From an uncultured virus (IMG/VR IMGVR_UViG_3300044639_002137) (taxonomy: Duplodnaviria > Heunggongvirae > Uroviricota > Caudoviricetes), in IMG/VR virus record IMGVR_UViG_3300044639_002137: a DNA stretch of 20,000 nt. The stretch is one strand, 5' to 3'. A model generated the notes under the pieces. That model was not told where the DNA came from. It searched no databases and saw nothing but the letters and a program-made list of their open reading frames with translations. Below, one piece after another: positions 8,607 through 16,882 of this stretch. The first letter of the stretch is position 1. Each line of letters begins with the position of its first letter. Position numbers and translations under genes: made by a program.

Positions 8607-11600
8607 ATGGCATTTCCAACAACACCCACAAACGGTCAAGTAACCGTAGTTAATCAGGTATCATACCAGTATTCCAGTGCAACCAACAGCTGGACTAGAA
8701 TTTTATCTACAGCAAACGTCATTACAGCCAACACAATTGCAGTAAATGGCAACTTGACTGTGGGAGTGGACATTGTTGCCAGCGGCAACATCACAGCTGA
8801 TTATTACTTTGGTAACGGCAGTCAGCTGACTGGGGTCATAGCTGCAAGTGGCGGTTTTCCAATCTCAGCAGGCAACAGCAATATTGCAGCAGCAGCCAAT
8901 AGTAATATTGCAATCACGGTCACAGGAACTCCTAATGTTGCTGTGTTTGCTCCAACTGGTGAATATGTTACAGGTGTTGTTAGTGCATCAGGAACTGTAA
9001 CTGGTGGCAACTTGGCCACAGGTGGAACAGCAAGTGCAGCAGGCACCGTAACTGGTGGCAATATTGCTACAGGTGGAACAGCAAGTGCCACAGGAACAGT
9101 AACTGGTGGAAACTTGGCCACTGGCGGAACAGCTTCGGCAGCCGGTACTGTAACAGGTGGCAATTTGGCCACTGGCGGAACAGCCAGTGCCACGGGCAAT
9201 ATCACAGGTGGCAATGTACTCACAGGCGGACTGATCAGTTCGACTGGCACTATTACAAGTGCTGCCAACATCACTGGTGGCAATTTAATCACCGCTGGAC
9301 TAACACAAACAGGTGATCTCAGTATTACTGGTAATGTAATTGGTAATTTATTGCCCTCTGCCAACGCAACATTCAACCTCGGCGGTCCAGGACAACTCTG
9401 GAAAGACTTGTATCTAAGCGGTAATACACTGAATCTTGGTGATCAAACAATCAGTTCAAATGCCACTGCAATTTTTACAGCCAATAATTTTAGCTCCAAC
9501 AATCTGTCTGCAACCAATGCGGTGTCAGCAGGAACCACAGTTAGTGCAGTTGGCAACGTAATTGGTGGCAACATAACAACAGGTGGTCAAGTAAGTGCCA
9601 CTGCCACTGTAACCGGCGGAAACATTGCCACAGGCGGCACAGCATCAGCAACAGGTAATATCACAGGCGGCAATGTCTTAACTGGTGGATTAATCAGTGC
9701 CACAGGAACAATCACCGGCGTTGACACAATAACAGGTGGCAACCTGGCCACAGGTGGTACAGCCAGTGCCACAGGAAATATCACAGGCGGCAATGTCTTA
9801 ACTGGTGGACTGATCAGTTCAGCTGGTACTGTAACCGGTGGAAACATTGCCACAGGCGGAACAGCCAGTGCAGCCGGTACTGTAACAGGCGGCAACTTGG
9901 CCACTGGCGGCACTGCGTCAGCAACCGGCAACATCACCGGTGGCAATGTACTTACAGGTGGCATAGTCTCAGCCACTGGTAATGCCACCTTTGGAAATAT
10001 TTCAACTTCGGGATCAGGCGGTAATATTTCTGGTGCCAATGTAATTTCGAGCACTACGCTTAGTGCTACTGCAAACATAACTGGCGGCAACATATTAACT
10101 GGCGGCTTAGTATCAGCAACTGGCAATATCACAGGTAACTACTTTTTTGGCAACGGCAGTCAGTTAACAGGCATTGATGCTACTAGTATCCAAAATGGCA
10201 CAAGTAATGTACGTGTGGTCAGTTCTGGGGGCAATGTTTCTGTTGGCATTGGCGGCACCGGCAATGTTGCGGTATTTGCCACAACTGGTGAATACATCAC
10301 TGGTGTATTAAGTGCAAGCGGAACCGTAACTGGCGGAAATATTGAAACTGGCGGAACTGCTAGTGCAGCAGGAAATATCACAGGTGGTAACGTACTCACA
10401 GGTGGACTTATTAGTTCAACTGGTACAATCACAAGTGCTGCTACAATAACTGGTGGCAACCTGGCCACAGGCGGAACAGCAAGTGCCGCAGGCACCGTAA
10501 CTGGTGGCAATATTGCTACAGGTGGTACTGCTAGTGCTACAGGTACAATAACTGGTGGTAACTTGGCCACAGGCGGCACAGCTTCAGCTACTGGCAACAT
10601 CACAGGTGGTAATTTGTTGACAGGTGGATTGATCAGTTCAACTGGTACCATTACAACAACATCTAATATCTCCGGCGGCAACTTGTTGACCTCTGGACTG
10701 GTATCAGTAACCGGCAACGTTATTGCTGGCAATGTTAACACCAGTGCTATTAGACCCACAAGTGGTGAATTGACAATTACCACTGCGTCGGGTAATTTGA
10801 ATCTGCAACCAGCTGGCAATATTGTATTGGCCAACACATATATCAATAGCTTGGCATATCCAGCACAGTCATCTGATGCAGCCACAAAAGAATACGTTGA
10901 CAACCTTGCAACCACTGCTATCAGTTATCACGAGGCTGTGGTTGTGGCAACAACCACAACTTTGGCCACTACCACAGGTGGTACAATTACATATGCTCAA
11001 CCCAATGGCGTGGCCAATGGTGTTGGAGCAACACTGACCACAACAGGATCATTTAATTTAATTGATACTGGCAATGTTCAGTCTGTTGGCACACGTATTC
11101 TGGTCAAAGATCAAGCCAATGCTGTGCAAAACGGTGTGTATGTCTGGGCCAATGCCACAGCAATTGTTCGATCTACAGACACTGATCAATACGGATCTGA
11201 CAATGCAGAATCATTCAGTATCAATGATTATTTCTTCACTACTGGTGGTAATGTCAATGCAGGCTCAGCCTTTATTGTTAGTGCGCCAACAGGTGTAATT
11301 ACATTTGGCACAAGCAACATTTCTTTTAGCATATTCAGTAGTAGCCAAGTTTACTCAGCCAATACCTCAGCTGGTCTAAGCCTTGTTGGCACAGTGTTCA
11401 GCGCCAAAGTTGACAATACAACCACAGCGTTTGATGGCGGTGGCAATATTGTTGTTAAAGCCAGCGCCCAACTCACCACACCCAATATTGGTGCTGCAAC
11501 AGGTACAAGTGTAAGCCTAACTGGCAATGTTGAAGGCGGCAATGTGGTCACAGGTGGCCTGATCAGTGCTGCTGGCAACATTACCGGTGGTAATATTTCC

Positions 11601-14138
11601 ACTGCTGGCACATTTGGCGCAGCAAGTCTGAGTGCGTCAGGTAATGTCACTGGTGGTAATTTGCTAACAGGTGGCCTAATTAGTTCGACTGGAACAGTAA
11701 CCGCTGGCAACCTGGCAACTGGTGGAACAGCAAGTGCTACTGGAACAGTAACTGGTGGCAATTTGGCCACTGGCGGAACAGCAAGTGCTACTGGCAATAT
11801 CACCGGTGGTAACTTGTTGACAGGTGGATTAATTTCATCTACAGGAACTATCACAAGCAGTGCCAACATTACAGGTGGCAACGTACTCACAGGGGGACTG
11901 ATCAGTTCAACTGGCACAATAACTGGTGGAAATATTGAAACTGGTGGCACGTCAAGTGCAACTGGCAATATCACAGGCGGTAACGTCTTAACTGGTGGAT
12001 TGATCAGTGCAACATCGACTATCACAAGTGCTGCTACCATAACTGGTGGCAACTTGGCCACTGGTGGAACAGCTTCAGCAGCAGGTACAGTAACTGGTGG
12101 CAACTTGGCCACTGGCGGAACAGCAAGTGCTACAGGAACAATAACTGGTGGCAACTTGGCCACTGGTGGAACAGCAAGTGCAACTGGCAATATCACAGGT
12201 GGTAATGTCTTAACAGCCGGTCAAGTAAGTGCTACTGGTAACGTAACTGGTAACTATATTCTGGGTAATGGTGCATCGTTGACTGGTGTTATCACAAGTG
12301 TGGCCAACATCAACAATGGTACATCAAATGTGACCATTGCAACAGCCAACGCCAACGTCACAGTCAGTGTTGACGGCACATCAAATGTTGCGGTGTTTGC
12401 CACAACAGGTGAGTACATCACCGGACTATTGAGTGCATCAGGAACAGTAACCGGTGGTAATATTGCAACTGGCGGTACAGCAAGTGCTACAGGTACAATC
12501 ACTGGTGGTAATATTGCAACTGGTGGAACTGCGTCAGCAACTGGCACCATAACTGGTGGCAACTTGGCCACTGGCGGAACAGCGTCAGCAACTGGCACCA
12601 TAACAGGTGGAAATATTGAAACTGGTGGAACAGCCAGTGCAACTGGTAACATCACAGGTGGTAATGTACTCACAGGTGGTTTGATCAGTGCCACATCGAC
12701 CATCACCAGTGCTGCCACAATAACCGGTGGAAACATTGCCACAGGTGGTACTGCAAGTGCCACAGGCAATATCACTGGTGGCAACGTATTAACAGGTGGA
12801 CTAATCAGTGCCACAGGAACAATCACTGGTTCAAGTATACTGGGATCAGTTGTGTCTGTAACAGGCAACATCACTGGTGGCAACATCAGCACAACAGGAT
12901 TGATCACTACCACTGGCAACATTGCTGGTGGCAATATACTGTCCGACAACTTCTACTATGCCAATGGTCAAGCCATTGTGTTTGGTGTAAATTACACAGC
13001 AAACACCACACCACCGGCTAGCCCACTCGAAGGCTGGCAGTGGTACAATACTTCCACAGACGTGCTGTATGAATATCTCAATGACGGCACAAGCGATTAC
13101 TGGGTTGACACAACTAGTCCTGCATTCTCTAATGGTCCAGCAGGTAACCTAGCAATCACTGGTAACTTGCTGGTAGCTGTTGGTAATGCATATGATATTG
13201 GTGCCAGCGGACAAACATTCCGAGACGTGTACGCCACAAACTACTATGGTAACGGTGCTTCGTTGAGCGGTATCATTACCAGCGTGAGCAATATCAACAA
13301 CGGCACAACCAACATGACGGTGGTCAGCTCAGGCGGCAATATTGCAGCGTCAGTTGGCGGAACATCAAACGTGATGGTTATCACTTCGGCTGCAGTATCA
13401 ATCACTGGTGACTTGAGTGTGAGCGGCAACGCCACACTCAGCGGCAACATTCTGGGCGATAGAATTCAGAACGGAACCACACAGATTGATATTCAAACGC
13501 TGAATGGCAATGCAAATGTCACTGTTGGCGGCACATCAAACGTGGCGGTATTTGCCACAACCGGTGCATATGTTTCAGGTCTAGTAAGTGCAACTGGTAA
13601 TGTTGTTGCCGGCAACCTTATAACAACTGGCTTCCTGTACATCAACTCAGATGCTTTTGCCACTGCCATTGTGAATGGAGCAGGCAATGCAGTGGGTAAC
13701 ATTGGTAGTTCAGGCACATATTTCAATAGACTGTTTGCTCAAGCAACCACAGCACTCTACGCCGACTTGGCTGAAATGTATGTGAGTGACGCTGAATATG
13801 ATGCAGGAACTGTGGTTGATTTTGACGGAGCTCAAGAAATCACAATAAGTAACACTGATTCTAGCAAACGAGTTGCTGGCGTGATATCAACCAATCCTGC
13901 ACACCTGATGAATTCGGGCATAGTTGGTGATATCACATTGCCAGTGGCACTGATTGGTAGAGTTCCAGTCAAGGTAACAGGTGTTGTACGCAAAGGTGAT
14001 CTAATGGTGTCAGCAGGAAATGGTAGAGCTCGTGCAGTAACAATTGCAAGTCCAAAAGTAGGTACCATAATCGGCAAGGCACTGGAAAACTTTGCAGGCG
14101 GTGAAGGCATGATTGAACTTGTGATTGGCAAAAATTAA
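8607..14138 (+). CDS. Long tail-fibre-like protein (1843 aa) with 17-aa repeat shaft and C-terminal peptidase G2-like intramolecular chaperone
   Basis: N-terminal MAFPTTPTNGQ...YQY...W module and five blocks of GGN(L/I)ATGGTASA / GGNVLTGGLIS repeats. Carries a module shared with CDS 1. C-terminus is YADLAEMY...VAGVISTNPAHLMN...VALIGRVPVKVTGVVRKGDLMVS...GTIIGKALE. Confidence 0.85.
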   Translation: MAFPTTPTNGQVTVVNQVSYQYSSATNSWTRILSTANVITANTIAVNGNLTVGVDIVASGNITADYYFGNGSQLTGVIAASGGFPISAGNSNIAAAANSNIAITVTGTPNVAVFAPTGEYVTGVVSASGTVTGGNLATGGTASAAGTVTGGNIATGGTASATGTVTGGNLATGGTASAAGTVTGGNLATGGTASATGNITGGNVLTGGLISSTGTITSAANITGGNLITAGLTQTGDLSITGNVIGNLLPSANATFNLGGPGQLWKDLYLSGNTLNLGDQTISSNATAIFTANNFSSNNLSATNAVSAGTTVSAVGNVIGGNITTGGQVSATATVTGGNIATGGTASATGNITGGNVLTGGLISATGTITGVDTITGGNLATGGTASATGNITGGNVLTGGLISSAGTVTGGNIATGGTASAAGTVTGGNLATGGTASATGNITGGNVLTGGIVSATGNATFGNISTSGSGGNISGANVISSTTLSATANITGGNILTGGLVSATGNITGNYFFGNGSQLTGIDATSIQNGTSNVRVVSSGGNVSVGIGGTGNVAVFATTGEYITGVLSASGTVTGGNIETGGTASAAGNITGGNVLTGGLISSTGTITSAATITGGNLATGGTASAAGTVTGGNIATGGTASATGTITGGNLATGGTASATGNITGGNLLTGGLISSTGTITTTSNISGGNLLTSGLVSVTGNVIAGNVNTSAIRPTSGELTITTASGNLNLQPAGNIVLANTYINSLAYPAQSSDAATKEYVDNLATTAISYHEAVVVATTTTLATTTGGTITYAQPNGVANGVGATLTTTGSFNLIDTGNVQSVGTRILVKDQANAVQNGVYVWANATAIVRSTDTDQYGSDNAESFSINDYFFTTGGNVNAGSAFIVSAPTGVITFGTSNISFSIFSSSQVYSANTSAGLSLVGTVFSAKVDNTTTAFDGGGNIVVKASAQLTTPNIGAATGTSVSLTGNVEGGNVVTGGLISAAGNITGGNISTAGTFGAASLSASGNVTGGNLLTGGLISSTGTVTAGNLATGGTASATGTVTGGNLATGGTASATGNITGGNLLTGGLISSTGTITSSANITGGNVLTGGLISSTGTITGGNIETGGTSSATGNITGGNVLTGGLISATSTITSAATITGGNLATGGTASAAGTVTGGNLATGGTASATGTITGGNLATGGTASATGNITGGNVLTAGQVSATGNVTGNYILGNGASLTGVITSVANINNGTSNVTIATANANVTVSVDGTSNVAVFATTGEYITGLLSASGTVTGGNIATGGTASATGTITGGNIATGGTASATGTITGGNLATGGTASATGTITGGNIETGGTASATGNITGGNVLTGGLISATSTITSAATITGGNIATGGTASATGNITGGNVLTGGLISATGTITGSSILGSVVSVTGNITGGNISTTGLITTTGNIAGGNILSDNFYYANGQAIVFGVNYTANTTPPASPLEGWQWYNTSTDVLYEYLNDGTSDYWVDTTSPAFSNGPAGNLAITGNLLVAVGNAYDIGASGQTFRDVYATNYYGNGASLSGIITSVSNINNGTTNMTVVSSGGNIAASVGGTSNVMVITSAAVSITGDLSVSGNATLSGNILGDRIQNGTTQIDIQTLNGNANVTVGGTSNVAVFATTGAYVSGLVSATGNVVAGNLITTGFLYINSDAFATAIVNGAGNAVGNIGSSGTYFNRLFAQATTALYADLAEMYVSDAEYDAGTVVDFDGAQEITISNTDSSKRVAGVISTNPAHLMNSGIVGDITLPVALIGRVPVKVTGVVRKGDLMVSAGNGRARAVTIASPKVGTIIGKALENFAGGEGMIELVIGKN
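8994..12830 (+). repeat. Arrays of a 51-nt (17-aa) repeat with a 69-nt (23-aa) variant, in five blocks
   Basis: Example units: ggtggcaacttggccacaggtggaacagcaagtgcagcaggcaccgtaact at 9003, next unit at 9054. I counted 23 type-A units (GN(L/I)(A/E)TGGT(A/S)SA) interleaved with GGN(V/L)LTGGLIS units. An exact 38-nt match occurs at 9039 and 10488. Confidence 0.95.
10725..11530 (+). repeat. Inter-gene duplicated module, copy 2 (copy 1 at about 2305-3110)
   Basis: See copy 1. The offset is a constant 8421 nt at both ends. Confidence 0.9.
13761..14135 (+). other. Peptidase G2-like (phi29 gp12 pre-neck appendage type) autocleaving chaperone domain in CDS 8607
   Basis: ADLAE motif (cf. DYAE of family G2) followed by GVISTNP, VALIGRVPVKV and KGDLMVS. 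Recognised from motif memory. Confidence 0.65.
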
Positions 14139-14149
14139 AAGGGTAGTAG

Positions 14150-16882
14150 ATGGCCTTTCCAACGTCGCCGACGAACGGGCAAATCACAATAGTAGGTGGG
14201 GTAGCATATCAGTATGCTACCACCACTAATTCCTGGGGTCGAATAGTATCGACTGCCAATGTCATCACGGCCAATGTCATCACGGTTGACACTCTCACAG
14301 CCAACACTCTCAACGTCAACAACAACCTGTACAACATTGCCGGCAACATATCAGCCACAGGTAACATAACCGGCAACTATATTCTAGGCAACGGATCACA
14401 GCTGACAGGCATAGCAACTGGTAGTATTTCAAATATTACCAATGGCACCAGTAATATCACCATAGCAAGTTCAGGCGGAAATGCCACAGTGAACATTGGT
14501 GGAACTGCTGATGTGGCTGTGTTTGCTGTCACAGGCGAATATGTCACAGGTGTGGTCAGTGCTTCAGGTAATGTCACAGGCGGCAACATACTCACAGGCG
14601 GTTTAATTTCAGCAACAGGTGCACTGAGTGTGACTGGTGCAACCACCTTGACCACAGTCAGCACTGGAAACATATCAGCAGGTAACGTGTATTCTGGTGG
14701 TAGCATAACCACTGGTAGCCTGATATCAGCGGTGGGCAATGTCACTGCTGACAGTGGTTTGTTTACAAATATTGTGAACGTGGCCAGTCATACTGGTGCT
14801 GTGGTTTCAGTGAGTGGTAACGTCACAGCCAACAACGGAATGTTCACCACAATTGTGAACACAGCAAGTCACACAGGTGCAGTGGTAAGTGTATCAGGTA
14901 ACGTTACAGGTGGTAATGCTAACATTACAGGCGCCACAGCCAGCACCAGCAAAACAACAGGTGCGTTACAAGTAGCAGGCGGCGTTGGTGTTGCAGGCGA
15001 TATCTACGCTGGTAATTCCGTAGTGGTTGATGGCGGTGCATACGGTAATGTGACTACAACTCAATTTGCTAGTGTGTTTGGATCAGGCGCTGGAGCAAAT
15101 CCTCGATCTATCATGCAGGTTAGAGGAGCCGATGGCGTAGCAGGTATAGGTATACAAGGTACTTCTGGTAGTGACGGGCAAATTTATGCCAACACTGGTA
15201 TTATCTTTACAACCGGTGCTACCGTAAGAGACAAAGATTTCCCAACAGGCGGCACAACCAGAGCCACTATAGATTCAACTGGTTTGAGTGTAACTGGCAT
15301 AGTCAGCGCAACCGGCAATGTCAATGCAGGCAATGTTGTCACTGGCGGCTTGATCAGTGCCGCAGGCAATGTCACTAGCGGTGCATCAATCAACACAGTA
15401 AATTTGAGTGTTTCTGGCAATGTGCTTGGAAACTTGTTGCCAAGTGCCAATGTCACATACGACCTGGGTTCACCTAGTCAAATGTGGCGAACCATATATG
15501 TCAGTGGTAACACTATTGTGCTTGGCACAGCCAACCTAAGTGTCAGTAACGGTAATTTAAGTGTGGGAGATAATCCAGTTGTTACCGTAAGCCCAACAGG
15601 CACAAGCAACGCCACCGGTAACATGAACGTTATTGGTAACATAACCGGATCAAATATTACCACTGCTGGTTTAATCTCTGCGGCCAGTAACATCACTGGT
15701 GGCAACATACTCACAGGCGGATTAATTTCAGTCACAGGTAACGTCACAGCTGGCAATGTTTCAGCAACTAATTTTACTGGTCTTGCTTCGAGCGCAACTT
15801 TGGCTGATTCAGCTAATGCAGTAGCCGGCGCGAATGTGAGCGGTCAAGTGGCAAACGCATTAGTAGCAGGTACAGTATACTCAGCAGCACAACCCAATAT
15901 CACAAGTGTTGGTACACTAACAAGTTTAGCAGTAACAGGTAATGCCACAGCCAACAACGGTATATTCACCACAAGCGTAAACACAGCCAGCTTTACTGGA
16001 ACCACTGTGAGTGTCACTGGTAATGTTGCTGGCAGTTATTTTGTTGGCAACGGTAGTCAACTGACAGGCATAGCATCTGGTGGCGGCGGCATAACATGGA
16101 CCACAGTGGCAAATACTGCACCAGGCAACGCAGCCCCTGGCGATTTTTGGTACAACTCGTTTACTGATATCAAGTATCAGTACACAAATGATGGCACCGG
16201 CAATTTCTGGGTTGATCAAAGTTATCCAACTAGTTTTAGCACCCTGGCAGTCACAGGCAATATCACAGGCGGCAATATATCAGTTACCAGTATTGTGGGC
16301 ACATTGACCACAGCAGCGCAACCCAATATTACTTCAGTTGGTACACTAACATCAGTTACCACAAGCGGTGTCGTCACTGTGAACTCAGGTGCAGCGGCCA
16401 CTGCCATTGTGAATGGAGCCGGCAATGCAGTTGGTAATATTGGTAGTTCAGGTACCTATTTCAATAGACTATTTGCCCAGGCAACCACAGCACTTTATGC
16501 TGACTTGGCCGAAGTCTACAAATCAGATGCCGAATATCCTCCGGGCACTGTGCTGGTATTTGGCGGCAGTCAAGAAGTCACTATCAGCACTGTTGGCCAT
16601 GATGCTAGAATTGCAGGAGTGGTATCTACCAATCCTGCTCATGTGATGAACTCAGGCTTGGTTTCTGAATACACTGTGGACGTTGGCCTGATTGGCCGTG
16701 TACCTTGTCAGGTGATTGGGCCGATTGCTGCTGGTGATCGAGTGGTATCCAGCAATCGAGCAGGTGTTGCTGAACGCCTGGACATGCAGCACTATCAGCC
16801 CGGGGTGATCATTGGCAAGGCTGTGGAAAGCTACAACAGCACTGATGTTGGCACAATCGAAATAGTAGTAGGAAGATTATAA
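14150..16882 (+). CDS. Tail-fibre-like protein (910 aa), paralogous at both termini to CDS 8607, with peptidase G2-like C-terminal chaperone
   Basis: N-terminus MAFPTSPTNGQ...YQY...NSW, fibre motif TASTSKTTGALQVAGGVGVAGD, and AAQPNITSVGTLTS twice. Internal PGDFWYNSFTDIKYQYTNDGTGNFWVD module. C-terminus YADLAEVY...IAGVVSTNPAHVMN...LIGRVPCQV...GVIIGKAVE. Confidence 0.85.
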   Translation: MAFPTSPTNGQITIVGGVAYQYATTTNSWGRIVSTANVITANVITVDTLTANTLNVNNNLYNIAGNISATGNITGNYILGNGSQLTGIATGSISNITNGTSNITIASSGGNATVNIGGTADVAVFAVTGEYVTGVVSASGNVTGGNILTGGLISATGALSVTGATTLTTVSTGNISAGNVYSGGSITTGSLISAVGNVTADSGLFTNIVNVASHTGAVVSVSGNVTANNGMFTTIVNTASHTGAVVSVSGNVTGGNANITGATASTSKTTGALQVAGGVGVAGDIYAGNSVVVDGGAYGNVTTTQFASVFGSGAGANPRSIMQVRGADGVAGIGIQGTSGSDGQIYANTGIIFTTGATVRDKDFPTGGTTRATIDSTGLSVTGIVSATGNVNAGNVVTGGLISAAGNVTSGASINTVNLSVSGNVLGNLLPSANVTYDLGSPSQMWRTIYVSGNTIVLGTANLSVSNGNLSVGDNPVVTVSPTGTSNATGNMNVIGNITGSNITTAGLISAASNITGGNILTGGLISVTGNVTAGNVSATNFTGLASSATLADSANAVAGANVSGQVANALVAGTVYSAAQPNITSVGTLTSLAVTGNATANNGIFTTSVNTASFTGTTVSVTGNVAGSYFVGNGSQLTGIASGGGGITWTTVANTAPGNAAPGDFWYNSFTDIKYQYTNDGTGNFWVDQSYPTSFSTLAVTGNITGGNISVTSIVGTLTTAAQPNITSVGTLTSVTTSGVVTVNSGAAATAIVNGAGNAVGNIGSSGTYFNRLFAQATTALYADLAEVYKSDAEYPPGTVLVFGGSQEVTISTVGHDARIAGVVSTNPAHVMNSGLVSEYTVDVGLIGRVPCQVIGPIAAGDRVVSSNRAGVAERLDMQHYQPGVIIGKAVESYNSTDVGTIEIVVGRL
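16499..16879 (+). other. Peptidase G2-like autocleaving chaperone domain in CDS 14150
   Basis: ADLAE at 16499-16513, with the same downstream motifs as in CDS 8607. Confidence 0.65.

Noticed and set aside
8994..12830. Regular 51-nt periodicity as a possible CRISPR array
   Set aside because: The units are in-frame coding repeats with synonymous variation, with no invariant repeat plus unique spacer structure and no cas genes.
13659..16513. Near-identical 117-nt pair as a possible DGR template/variable repeat
   Set aside because: Differences are synonymous third-position changes and are not adenine-specific. Both copies are coding, and no reverse transcriptase is present in the window.
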